Positions 21,213 through 30,721 of a stretch of 64,000 bases of DNA are shown piece after piece; the first letter of the stretch is position 1, and each line of letters starts with the position of its first letter. The notes beneath the pieces are model-generated. The model saw nothing but the letters and a program-made list of their open reading frames with translations. It was not told where the DNA came from and ran no database searches. The translations under genes were made by a program, and so were the position numbers. This stretch comes from Sedimentisphaeraceae bacterium JB056. Its GTDB lineage: Bacteria; Planctomycetota; Phycisphaerae; Sedimentisphaerales; Sedimentisphaeraceae. The DNA lies in contig JBITAJ010000022.1 in assembly GCA_044440125.1 (NCBI GenBank), positions 128,001-192,000 of the forward strand. Direction: 5' to 3'.

Positions 21213-21961
21213 AATTTCCTCTGGTCCATAGACTTGAATTTTTCCAATATTTTTTTATCAGTTCTGTTATATTTTAGTGGAGTAAGGGTAACATACCCTT
21301 CTGCCAAAGCGTGAACATCTGTTTCCTTGTCTGTCTCACGAAAATAACTGCACCTGATCTGATAGGTATCTTTGTTATCTTCATTCTTTTTCTTTGCATA
21401 ATACTCCTGATATATTGATTCCGATTGCCTGACCACTTTAATTCCTTTGGGCGATTGGTCAGTTATAACCGGTATATTAATATTGATTACTTCACCAGCA
21501 TCAATATTATGCCTTATCGTATTTATCAATTCTGCGGCTACAGACGCCGCTTTTTTGTAATTCTGCTCTCCAGAAGCCCTTGCACTAACCGCAACAGACG
21601 GTATCCCGTAAAAAGCACCTTCCATAGCCGCAGCCACAGTACCGGAATAACAAATATCAACACCCGCATTGGAACCTATATTCAAACCGGAAACGATAAG
21701 ATCAAGCGGCTTATTGACAAGTTCAAGTACTGCCAATTTAACACAGTCCGCCGGGTTAGCCGCAACTGCGTATCCGGTAAAAAGACCGTCAACGGTGGCC
21801 TTTTCGCATACTATCGGTGATAAAGTTAGGCTGTGACTGCTTCCTGATTTCCCCTTGTGAGGTGCGACAACTACAACCTCTGCAAACCTGGAAAGTTCAC
21901 TGTAGAGATAATGCATTGTCGGAGCAAAAATTCCGTCATCGTTAGTCAAAAGTATTCGCAT
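21194..21961 (-). CDS. surE: 5'/3'-nucleotidase SurE
   Basis: MRILLTNDDGI, PADCV, SGLN.G.N, YSGTVAAAMEG, GYVTLTPL. Confidence 0.95.
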   Translation of the reverse strand: MRILLTNDDGIFAPTMHYLYSELSRFAEVVVVAPHKGKSGSSHSLTLSPIVCEKATVDGLFTGYAVAANPADCVKLAVLELVNKPLDLIVSGLNIGSNAGVDICYSGTVAAAMEGAFYGIPSVAVSARASGEQNYKKAASVAAELINTIRHNIDAGEVININIPVITDQSPKGIKVVRQSESIYQEYYAKKKNEDNKDTYQIRCSYFRETDKETDVHALAEGYVTLTPLKYNRTDKKILEKFKSMDQRKLWPQKK

Positions 21962-22110
21962 ATATTATTTCCTGCGTAAAATTGTAGTTATATTTTACGA
22001 TTTTGTCAAATTTTGCGTTTGAATTTTCGAGTTAATTTATTAAAATGCCGCAAACTACTTTCTTTATGTTTATGAAGTAGCTTGCTCAACCATAGTTATA
22101 AAAGGTAAAA

Positions 22111-22536
22111 ATGGCAAAGTTAGATGAGAATCTTTTGAGCGAAGAAGAATTAGAATACTACTGGGAGCTTTTGCTCAAAAAGAGAGCAGAGATACTTGGA
22201 GATGTCTCCCAAATGGAAAGTTCTGCTATTAAGAAGGATGTCGACGAGGTCGCCAGCAGCGGCTCTTCAATGCCGATTCATATGGCTGATATCGGTTCTG
22301 ATAATTATGAGCAGGATTTCACTATCGGTCTTATCGGAAGTGAACGCAAACTTCTTGATATGGTTAACGCTGCCTTGAGAAGGATAAAAATGGGTACTTT
22401 CGGTATATGCCTTGGAACAGGCAATAAGATATCGAAAAAACGCCTTGAAGCTATGCCATGGGCCAAATACAGCATTGAATATGCAACTCAGATAGAAAAA
22501 GGTCTTGCAGACGAAGTCGATGAGGACGATGATTAA
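22111..22536 (+). CDS. dksA: DksA/TraR family protein (single-Cys variant)
   Basis: Coiled coil with HMADIGSD tip; AL.RI..GTFGIC; RLEAMPWA. Confidence 0.8.
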   Translation: MAKLDENLLSEEELEYYWELLLKKRAEILGDVSQMESSAIKKDVDEVASSGSSMPIHMADIGSDNYEQDFTIGLIGSERKLLDMVNAALRRIKMGTFGICLGTGNKISKKRLEAMPWAKYSIEYATQIEKGLADEVDEDDD

Positions 22537-22597
22537 AAATCGTCCATTCAGGTTCTTGATAAATAACTAAAACACAAGATATATATTTGCTTAAATA

Positions 22598-23575
22598 TCA
22601 CGCAGTCTTGATTATCAGCAAATATGTCATGTAAGCAATATAACTTGCAAGTAATACCACCCCGCCGCCTCGCCTTATAGATCTGTGCCACATTGCAAAA
22701 AGGATAAATGCAACACTTACGCATGCCATCACCGGGAAATCACGCACAAGAAGGCCTCTTTCAACGTCAAGCGGACGAACCAATGAAGCTGTGCCTATTA
22801 CAAGAAGCGTATTGAAAATATTCGAGCCGACAAGGTTTCCTACGGAAATATCATCCTGTTTTTTGTATGAAGCAACAAGGCATGTAATCAATTCCGGCAG
22901 GCTTGTACCTATCGCAACAATTGTAAGCCCGATGACCGATTCACTCATCCCTGCCCAATGACCAATATAAACCGCTCCAGAAAGCGATATTTTGGCACCT
23001 AAAGACAATCCTATAAGTCCCAGCACAACGAACGTGCCAGAACGGAAAAAACTCATTTCTTTCACTTTTTCCGTTTGCCCGGCACCAACAACACCAAGCT
23101 CTTTGATGCTGTCTTTCTTCGCATTCTTTACCAACGCCAAAAGAAGCGAAACAAAGATAACAAACAATATCAATCCTTCAATACGCATTATTTTGCCGCT
23201 TATCATAAACGGCAAAAGCAGGAATATCGAACCTATCATTACAGGCAGTTCGACCTTAAGCATCCTGATATTTACGGATATCGGCCTTATTATAGAACAA
23301 AACCCGCCAATCAATGCAATATTAGCAACATTTGAGCCAATCACATTTCCGATAGCTATCGAACCATTATTACCCAACGCAGCAGCAATACTTGCAGCCA
23401 TCTCAGGAGCACTTGTACCAATAGAAACGACAGTTAAGCCAATTATCATAGGACTTATGCCCAAATGCTCCGCAATCGCAACTGCACCATCAACAAGGAT
23501 GTCAGCACTTTTGCAGAGAAGTACAAAACCAACGATAACGAGCAATATCGAAGTAAAAAGATTAAGTTCGAACAT
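22598..23575 (-). CDS. Ca2+/Na+ antiporter (CaCA, YrbG-like)
   Basis: Two alpha repeats: GTSAPE..GSN and GTSLPE..GSNIFN. Confidence 0.92.
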   Translation of the reverse strand: MFELNLFTSILLVIVGFVLLCKSADILVDGAVAIAEHLGISPMIIGLTVVSIGTSAPEMAASIAAALGNNGSIAIGNVIGSNVANIALIGGFCSIIRPISVNIRMLKVELPVMIGSIFLLLPFMISGKIMRIEGLILFVIFVSLLLALVKNAKKDSIKELGVVGAGQTEKVKEMSFFRSGTFVVLGLIGLSLGAKISLSGAVYIGHWAGMSESVIGLTIVAIGTSLPELITCLVASYKKQDDISVGNLVGSNIFNTLLVIGTASLVRPLDVERGLLVRDFPVMACVSVAFILFAMWHRSIRRGGGVVLLASYIAYMTYLLIIKTA

Positions 23576-23587
23576 TTAAGGCCGGTC

Positions 23588-24106
23588 TTATTTCAAAAGG
23601 TATAGAAGTATCGCACCAACAGCAGCTACAACTAAGACCGCCACCAGCCAATTAACAAGCCGGTACTGTCTTTTAAACATCATATTGAGCTTAACAAACT
23701 CCTGACAAACAGATTTATCGAACGCCGCACTATCAGAAACATCCGCCCTGATCTGCTCAAGCTCGCGAGTTTGACGAACAGCCTCGTCAGGTATCCTCGC
23801 TACTATCTCGGTAAATTCTTTCGTCGATACAGACTGTTCATTAAGCTGTTCAAGAGTCTGTTCAATAAGCAGTGTCTGCTGTTGAGTTAGCTCCGGAACT
23901 ACTTCAAAACGTTTAAGCAGCTCCTCCTGCTGCTCAATGTGTCGATTGAGACTGCTATTTATGTTCTCAAGCTTATCAACAAGCTGGGTAAAAGCACCAT
24001 TAAGCCTCTCAAGGCTTTCCTGCTGAGCTTTTCGAACCTCAACTTCCTGCATCTTTGAAAGCTCTGACTCTTTTTTGCTTTTTTTGATAAAATTTAAAAA
24101 TCCCAT
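23588..24106 (-). CDS. Hypothetical coiled-coil protein with C-terminal TM anchor
   Basis: Strong RBS (AAGGAG); Q/E-rich helical body; hydrophobic C-terminus. Confidence 0.7.
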   Translation of the reverse strand: MGFLNFIKKSKKESELSKMQEVEVRKAQQESLERLNGAFTQLVDKLENINSSLNRHIEQQEELLKRFEVVPELTQQQTLLIEQTLEQLNEQSVSTKEFTEIVARIPDEAVRQTRELEQIRADVSDSAAFDKSVCQEFVKLNMMFKRQYRLVNWLVAVLVVAAVGAILLYLLK

Positions 24107-24154
24107 TCAGCACACTCCTTCATGAAAATATCACACAGACCGGTAAATATAAAA

Positions 24155-25393
24155 TCATTTCGAATCACTGAAAAGATCTTTGGTCCTTTCAACAACCTTC
24201 TCATCTATAACATATTTGCGTTTTTTCTCCTGATCAGGCAAATCATACATTATATCGATCATCAACTCTTCTGTAACTGCTCTCAACGCCCTTGCACCAG
24301 TATCTCTCTTGAGTGCATTTTTAGCCAAGAGTTTAAGAGCTTCATCAGTAAACGACAATTCAGCATCTTCCATCTCAAAGAACTTGGCATATTGCCTTAC
24401 GAGAGCATTCTTGGGTTTAGTAAGAATATCCACCAAAGCATCCACAGAAAGGGCTTCAAGTGTAGTAATTACCGGCAGACGTCCAACAAGCTCAGGTATC
24501 ATCCCGTAATGAATGATATCCTCAGCAGTAACCTGTTTTACGACCTCAGAATAGCTCATCTTACTCGAAGAAGAACTAAGCTGCTCCTCAGAATCAAAGC
24601 CGATCATCTTTTTTCCAAGACGTTTTTTAACAATATCGTCAAGACCAACAAAAGTACCGCCACAGATAAAGAGTATCTGCGAAGTATCTATCTGTATGAA
24701 AGCCTGTTCAGGATGTTTTCTTCCGCCCTGAGGAGGAACGTTAGCAACAGTTCCTTCAAGCATTTTCAAGAGCGATTGCTGAACACCTTCACCGGAAACA
24801 TCCCTTGTAATCGAAACATTTTGAGACGTCTTGCCAATCTTGTCTATCTCATCAATGTAAACAATTCCTCTCTGAGCAGCTTCAACATCATAATCTGCAG
24901 ATTGGAGAAGCTTCAAAAGGAAATTCTCAACATCCTCACCAACATAGCCGGCTTCGGTGACAGTCGTAGCATCACAGATAGCAAAAGGAACATGCAATTC
25001 CTTAGCAAGCGTTCTGGCGAGCAGTGTCTTACCCGATCCCGTAGGCCCAATAAGCAAGACATTCGACTTATCTATCTCTACATCAGCAGTATCACTTTCA
25101 CGATGAACCAGACGCTTATAATGGTTATGAACGGCCACTGAAAGCGATTTTTTCGCATTATCCTGACCAATGACATATTGATCAAGATACTCTTTAATCT
25201 CACGTGGTTTTGGAATATCCTTATCAAATTTCTGCGAGGATTCCTTCTTCTGCTCCCTGACGATTCTAACGCAAAGATCAACACATTCAGAACATATATT
25301 AACATTTTCCGGGCCCTGAATCAACGCACCATCGTCGCCATCTCGCCCGCAAAAACTGCATTTTGGAACTTTCGGACTGGCTTTTTTTGCCAT
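24155..25393 (-). CDS. clpX: ATP-dependent Clp protease ATPase subunit
   Basis: CSFCG zinc domain, [34 protein letters not shown] loop, TGARALR. Confidence 0.97.
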   Translation of the reverse strand: MAKKASPKVPKCSFCGRDGDDGALIQGPENVNICSECVDLCVRIVREQKKESSQKFDKDIPKPREIKEYLDQYVIGQDNAKKSLSVAVHNHYKRLVHRESDTADVEIDKSNVLLIGPTGSGKTLLARTLAKELHVPFAICDATTVTEAGYVGEDVENFLLKLLQSADYDVEAAQRGIVYIDEIDKIGKTSQNVSITRDVSGEGVQQSLLKMLEGTVANVPPQGGRKHPEQAFIQIDTSQILFICGGTFVGLDDIVKKRLGKKMIGFDSEEQLSSSSSKMSYSEVVKQVTAEDIIHYGMIPELVGRLPVITTLEALSVDALVDILTKPKNALVRQYAKFFEMEDAELSFTDEALKLLAKNALKRDTGARALRAVTEELMIDIMYDLPDQEKKRKYVIDEKVVERTKDLFSDSK

Positions 25394-25488
25394 TATCTCT
25401 CCGTATTACTTAAAATATATAAAAACATCATATCAATATAATAACTCAACGAGATATTGTATATAATATAATGCAATTATCAAGTGAG

Positions 25489-26784
25489 TTATATAAGGTT
25501 TCTAATATCCCTGTTTATCCTGACGCTGCACCAATCTTTACCGCACATTGTGCAGTAATCGGTATCAACCGGCTGCATATTGCTGTTTTGGCCTGCATCA
25601 TCGTGCATCATTTTTGCAGTCTTGGGATCAAGAGACAATCTTATCTGAGTTTCCCAATCAAGATTGGCACGTGCCTCGCTGAGTCTTCTGTCTCTATCTG
25701 CCGCCCCGTTAAACCCTCTTGCGACATCTGCTGCATGAGCGGCTATCTTGGAAGCAATAACACCTGCCCTTACATCATTCTCATCGGGAAGCCCCAAATG
25801 CTCACGCGGAGTTACATAGCAGAGGAAAGATGCCCCGTAGAACGCTGCCGCTGTACCGCCAATGGCACTTGTTATATGGTCATACCCAGGGGCAATGTCT
25901 GTAACCAGCGGGCCAAGTACATAGAAAGGCGCTCCATTGCATATCTCCTCCTGAAGTTCCATATTCTCCTTTATCTGATTGTAGGGTACGTGTCCGGGGC
26001 CTTCAACCATAACCTGACAGCCCTTTTCCTGAGCTCTCTGCGTAAGTTCACCAAGCGTTCTAAGTTCAGCAATCTGTGCCTCATCGGTTGCATCCGCTCC
26101 ACATCCCGGACGAAGTCCATCACCTAATGAAAAACAGACATCGTATTCTTTCATAATATCGCAAAGCTCGTCAAACAATTCATACATAAGATTCTGCTTG
26201 TTATAATGCAGCATCCATTTTGCTGTCAATGCACCGCCTCTGCTTACAATCCCGCAAACACGGCTTTTGAGCAAAGGTAAGTGTTCCTTGAGTAAACCGG
26301 CATGTATAGTGAAAAAGTCAACACCCTGCTTTGCCTGCTTTTCGACAATATCAAGTATTAGCTTAGCACTTATATCTTCAACACTGCGACCTATTATCGC
26401 CTCATAAATTGGAACGGTGCCGAAAGGAACTTCGCACTCTGATATTAATTTACGGCGGATATCATCAAGGTCTCCACCTGTACTGAGGTCCATCATAGCA
26501 TCAGCACCGGCATCAATTGCAACCTTCATTTTGGTTATTTCATCGTCAAGATTTGATCGGACTCCGCTCATGCCTATATTGGCATTAATCTTAACGCTAA
26601 CAGCACGTCCAATGGCACGGGGTTTCAAATTCCAGGCAAGGTGCATTTTGTTTGCAGGTATCACAAGACGGCCAGCCGCGATCTCTGAGCGTATAAGCTC
26701 TGCGTCGACGCCTTCAGCCTGCGAAACATAGTTCATGCAGTCAGTTATTTCATTATTACGTGCAGATTGTAATTGAGTATTCAT
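25489..26784 (-). CDS. thiC: Phosphomethylpyrimidine synthase
   Basis: [48 protein letters not shown]...C. Confidence 0.97.
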   Translation of the reverse strand: MNTQLQSARNNEITDCMNYVSQAEGVDAELIRSEIAAGRLVIPANKMHLAWNLKPRAIGRAVSVKINANIGMSGVRSNLDDEITKMKVAIDAGADAMMDLSTGGDLDDIRRKLISECEVPFGTVPIYEAIIGRSVEDISAKLILDIVEKQAKQGVDFFTIHAGLLKEHLPLLKSRVCGIVSRGGALTAKWMLHYNKQNLMYELFDELCDIMKEYDVCFSLGDGLRPGCGADATDEAQIAELRTLGELTQRAQEKGCQVMVEGPGHVPYNQIKENMELQEEICNGAPFYVLGPLVTDIAPGYDHITSAIGGTAAAFYGASFLCYVTPREHLGLPDENDVRAGVIASKIAAHAADVARGFNGAADRDRRLSEARANLDWETQIRLSLDPKTAKMMHDDAGQNSNMQPVDTDYCTMCGKDWCSVRINRDIRNLI

Positions 26785-26863
26785 ATTAAGATAATCTCTC
26801 TTTCAAAAAATCGTCATTTGCTGCAAAAGTTCGATCCGCAGCATTATTTACCCGCAAAACAGG

Positions 26864-26904
26864 AAAAAAGAAAAAGGCGTATCCTATGATAGGAAAACGC
26901 CTTT
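26864..26904 (-). terminator. Riboswitch-controlled terminator in the thiC leader
   Basis: AAAGGCGTTTTCCTAT/ATAGGATACGCCTTT followed by a U run. The 5' arm (CGTTTTCCTA) is complementary to the aptamer 3' end (TAGGAAAGCG), giving an antiterminator. Confidence 0.8.
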
Positions 26905-26932
26905 GCAAATTCATTGTCTGTTATATTGCGAC

Positions 26933-27017
26933 CGCTTTCCTACGCAGTTACCGGATTACCGGATCCTGTTCAGGTTCTAAGGGTGTTATCTCAGGCACAA
27001 ATGTGCCACCCCCAGCG
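26933..27017 (-). ncRNA. TPP riboswitch aptamer
   Basis: Minus strand CGCTGGGGGTG-GCACA..TGTGC-CTGAGA..ACCC..GAACCTGA..CTGCGTAGGAAAGCG, directly upstream of thiC. Confidence 0.92.
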
Positions 27018-27028
27018 AACTGATGCCC

Positions 27029-27057
27029 ATTGTATAACAACTGCCTGCAAAGGTCAA
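27029..27057 (-). promoter_or_regulatory. sigma70 promoter of the thiC leader
   Basis: TTGACC-N17-TACAAT just 5' of the aptamer. Confidence 0.7.
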
Positions 27058-27131
27058 ATCATAAATGTTCGCTTCTGATAAGGAATAGACGCAAAACAGA
27101 AAAATAATTAATTATCCTGTTTTATAAAATG

Positions 27132-27167
27132 AAAAAGGTCGCCTATTTCAGAATGAAACAGGCGACC
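27132..27167 (-). terminator. Intrinsic terminator after the porin-like gene
   Basis: GGTCGCCTGTTTCA/TGAAATAGGCGACC followed by T5. Confidence 0.75.
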
Positions 27168-27204
27168 GAATATATGGTTACGTCTAATACTATAATTCTT
27201 CTAA

Positions 27205-27996
27205 TTAGAATTCAAAAGAATAACTCAATGTTGCGTAGAAATCATCGTCAATCAACGGTCCAGTAGAACCATCATCAAACGGCTTCTGGTAGTAGATAGC
27301 AGGAACAAGCTTGCCGCCAGCCATTTCAAACTGAGTTGAAAGACCTGCAACCATACGGTTCCAATTGCTGTCACCACTGTAAGAGTTATCATCATAAACA
27401 AAATCAACACATCCGTCCATTACCATGTCTGCTACAGTAAAATTGTAAGCAAGACCGGCAGTATGCTCAAAACCAAAGAGATCAAGATCTCCACCAGGAG
27501 CATCAAAAAGATAGCTAACCTTGTAATGAGGTGTAAAGAAGCCCATAGGACACATATTAGGCATCTTGACATCAAGAGCCAGTTCCTGAACATCAGCATC
27601 TCTACCTGAAACTTTCAGTCCCATTGGACGGAATGTTCCCATGTCATGGTATGTGTATTTAAGGTCATAGTTCATCTGGAGGCCTTCGCCCACCATAACT
27701 TCATTGCTGAAGCCAGCCCAGTAGTACCAGTGATCCATATCACTGCGAGGTATAATACCGTAAGCATTACCATCGCCTTGAGGCAGAACATACATAGTAC
27801 CTACATACCAGCCGTTACCAAGATCAATATTGATGCTTGGAGCAAAAGCTGCAGCATCATCATTGAGATCGATACCATGCCATAGATATTTAGTCATATA
27901 CGTAGCGTCAACTGTTACGCCCATTTCGCCTTCTGCCTTAACTACAGTTGAAAAGCAGAGTGCTACTGCAATCATTATAAATAGCAGTTTCTTCAT
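27205..27996 (-). CDS. Putative outer-membrane beta-barrel protein (TorF/Gcw_chp-like)
   Basis: Signal peptide; N-terminal TKYLWHG motif; alternating aromatic strands; C-terminal YSFEF beta signal. Confidence 0.65.
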   Translation of the reverse strand: MKKLLFIMIAVALCFSTVVKAEGEMGVTVDATYMTKYLWHGIDLNDDAAAFAPSINIDLGNGWYVGTMYVLPQGDGNAYGIIPRSDMDHWYYWAGFSNEVMVGEGLQMNYDLKYTYHDMGTFRPMGLKVSGRDADVQELALDVKMPNMCPMGFFTPHYKVSYLFDAPGGDLDLFGFEHTAGLAYNFTVADMVMDGCVDFVYDDNSYSGDSNWNRMVAGLSTQFEMAGGKLVPAIYYQKPFDDGSTGPLIDDDFYATLSYSFEF

Positions 27997-28210
27997 AACA
28001 AACCCTTTCTAAAATAATGCATAATCCTTCATACAGCCGAACCACCGGCTCAATCCATTACTACGTAACCACTTATAATATTTTATATATACTAAATGCT
28101 AATTTCAAGTCTTTTATGGTAAAAGTTTAAGAATCCAATCGTAATATATTGATTTTGTTGATTTTACAACAATTCTATTAACGTAATATAAGAATTAAAT
28201 TAGCCAACAT

Positions 28211-29227
28211 TTAGGATTCGACATAGCCTTTTTGTGATTTTGCAGTATCTATAAAAGCCAGAATGTTCTCAAAAGACACATCTGATTCAACCGCGTGGGC
28301 AGGAGCAAAGATATATCCGCCATCCAACCCCATTTCAAGAAGTTTTCCTGATTCTGCACGAACATCCTCTTTAGTTCCAAAAGGCAATGTTTTTTGAGTT
28401 GAAAGCCCACCATGAAATGCAAGACGACCTTTATACTCTTGGTATATGTTCTCTACATCCATTACTTCAGGCTGAAAGGGATTAAAGCAATCAAGGCCTG
28501 CGGCTATCAAGTCGTCGAAAAGCTCGTCAACATCACCACAAGAGTGTATAAAGACATATTTGCCAGCATCCTTGACCCTGCCGTACATCCGCTTTATTTG
28601 AGGATAAATGAAACGTCTCCAGAGAGCCGGCCCCATCATGAGACCCGATTGCTGTCCCCAGTCATCTCCAAAATAAACTGCATCAATATCGTACTTCAAG
28701 ACCTCATCAACCAAAGCCAAGTTAAAATCCGCTATTTTCGTTAGCAAGTCGTCTACAAAATCCGGATTAACAACAAAATCCATCATAAGATTTTCCATAC
28801 CTCTAAGCGTCCAGGCACGTTCAAAAAGTGAAAAACCTATAGGGTAAACACGGAACATATCAGAATTGCTTTCTATCCTCTCCTTGACTCCTTTATGAAA
28901 AGCCTCATCGCAAGGGTCAGGGAGAACCAGGTCCTTTGTCGTCGGTTCAGGCAAGACGCATCCACTGACAACACCAATATCCTTATCTGTTGTTCTGTCC
29001 CAAACAACCCCGAATATATCCCTGAAATGATCATTTCCTATATTTTCGAAACAGCCGCAAGGATTGCCAAGACTTAGAAGATGATTTCCTAATACAGATT
29101 CAATATCATCGGTATTATAATGCTTCTTCAGCTCCGTCAAGGGTTCCTGCGTAAAACTGAAAGACCACGGGGTATATTCGACTTCTTTCCCTTCAAGAGC
29201 CTCTATTACGACTTCACGTTTTTCCAT
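28211..29227 (-). CDS. Uroporphyrinogen decarboxylase-like / MtaA-CmuA superfamily protein
   Basis: FERAWTLRGME, FGDDWG.Q, HSCG, NPFQPE, GGLSTQ, GGYIFAPAH. Confidence 0.85.
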   Translation of the reverse strand: MEKREVVIEALEGKEVEYTPWSFSFTQEPLTELKKHYNTDDIESVLGNHLLSLGNPCGCFENIGNDHFRDIFGVVWDRTTDKDIGVVSGCVLPEPTTKDLVLPDPCDEAFHKGVKERIESNSDMFRVYPIGFSLFERAWTLRGMENLMMDFVVNPDFVDDLLTKIADFNLALVDEVLKYDIDAVYFGDDWGQQSGLMMGPALWRRFIYPQIKRMYGRVKDAGKYVFIHSCGDVDELFDDLIAAGLDCFNPFQPEVMDVENIYQEYKGRLAFHGGLSTQKTLPFGTKEDVRAESGKLLEMGLDGGYIFAPAHAVESDVSFENILAFIDTAKSQKGYVES

Positions 29228-29371
29228 AATATCCTCGATAAAGTTGTTAATAGTCTTTTTAAATTACTACATGATATTATCAAACAAGAGAGTAAATAAA
29301 ATGGCAAAACTAACAGATTAGATGTGTTTTCTTACAAAATAACACAAAAAGGAAAAGATGAAAAATAAGGA

Positions 29372-30721
29372 TCAAACCTGACTAACTTTCAAAATATCAA
29401 CAGGACGCTTCAATGAAGCGCACATCACCGGTACTATTGCACCTGCAATCGATGCCAGAATAGCAAACAATACTATCGTAAAAGCCACAATGAATCGCAT
29501 ATCATGCGGGATCTCACCGATACTGTACATACTTCTATCCCATAACTGCCATCCATATTTGGAATACAGCCAACCTTCGAGATCATTTATATACCGCAAA
29601 AAGAGGATAGCAACAGCCGTTCCAACAAAAGCTCCTGCCACTCCAGCGGCAACCGCAAACCTCATAAAAATACCCATAACAGAAAATGTATTGAGGCCAA
29701 AACTCTTAAATATGCCTATGTCACGACTTTTGTGGCTTATTATCAGGAAAAACACCACTAATATGACAAATACCGTAACAAAACCGATAAGAACAAATAA
29801 GGCGGTGAGCATTATCTCTTCTTTTTCAATGGGGGCAATAGCTTCTCTGCGATATTTCTTCCAGCTCTCAACCCTTACATTATCAAGCAGTGAACCATAC
29901 GGCATATTGGAATTTTGACTTTTAAACTCATCAAAAAGTCTTTCAACTTCCTCTACGCCATCAGCCAATCGAACCTCAGGTGCAAATTTGATGAATAAGG
30001 CATTTGTTCTCGGCTCATTCCCTGCCATACCACACAAAAGCTGTGCCTGCTCGAATGGAATATAAAGCATTGATCGATCTATTCGAGGCAAGCCCGAATT
30101 ACTGTCGTTGGTTACAGTAAAACTCTTTGTGTTTACAAGATCTGTTCCGCTCTTGGCGAGAGTGCCTTTGCTTGTAAGGGGGAAACAGCTCAAATCGAGA
30201 CTGACTTTATATGACAAGCTTGTAGCATAAAGGCCGTTACTATTGCGTCTTGTCATCATAGCTATTCCACGAATGCATCCTGGGGAGGCACTGCCGGTAC
30301 TAAAAATTTCAGAAGAATTAACAAAACTGTCAGGATAGAGTGTATCCTCAAACTCAGTGACCCTGCAAAAAGATTCAGCATCAATTCCAGTCACATCAAC
30401 ACCTTCACTTCTCGATGCACCGTCAACAGACATAAGTCCGGTAGTCATTATCACAGGCGTAACAGCTACGATGTTCGTATTATTATCCAACGTGTCCAGC
30501 AATTGCTGATAATAAGCAAATCCGACAAGAGAATCACTTGATATGACACAATCACCAAAAAGTCTGTGATTTTTTTCTTTGAATTCATTGGCCAAGCCAT
30601 TCATTACCGTCATAACAACAAGCGTTATAAATACCGATACAGCAACAGCAACAACAGCCAACCACGATATGATTCTCTTTTTGAAATACCGTAATGCCAA
30701 TTTATCAGAGAGCACACTCAT
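29372..30721 (-). CDS. LolC/E (MacB/FtsX-type) ABC permease
   Basis: N-terminal TM, large periplasmic loop, K.RDIGIFKSFG, three C-terminal TMs. Confidence 0.85.
   Translation of the reverse strand: MSVLSDKLALRYFKKRIISWLAVVAVAVSVFITLVVMTVMNGLANEFKEKNHRLFGDCVISSDSLVGFAYYQQLLDTLDNNTNIVAVTPVIMTTGLMSVDGASRSEGVDVTGIDAESFCRVTEFEDTLYPDSFVNSSEIFSTGSASPGCIRGIAMMTRRNSNGLYATSLSYKVSLDLSCFPLTSKGTLAKSGTDLVNTKSFTVTNDSNSGLPRIDRSMLYIPFEQAQLLCGMAGNEPRTNALFIKFAPEVRLADGVEEVERLFDEFKSQNSNMPYGSLLDNVRVESWKKYRREAIAPIEKEEIMLTALFVLIGFVTVFVILVVFFLIISHKSRDIGIFKSFGLNTFSVMGIFMRFAVAAGVAGAFVGTAVAILFLRYINDLEGWLYSKYGWQLWDRSMYSIGEIPHDMRFIVAFTIVLFAILASIAGAIVPVMCASLKRPVDILKVSQV

Noticed and set aside
24122..25141. 339-aa plus-strand ORF
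   Set aside because: Antisense shadow of clpX with no recognisable motifs
25471..26127. 218-aa plus-strand ORF (and similar ones at 34056-34691 and 22992-23579)
   Set aside because: Antisense to thiC, asd and the antiporter respectively; no independent evidence
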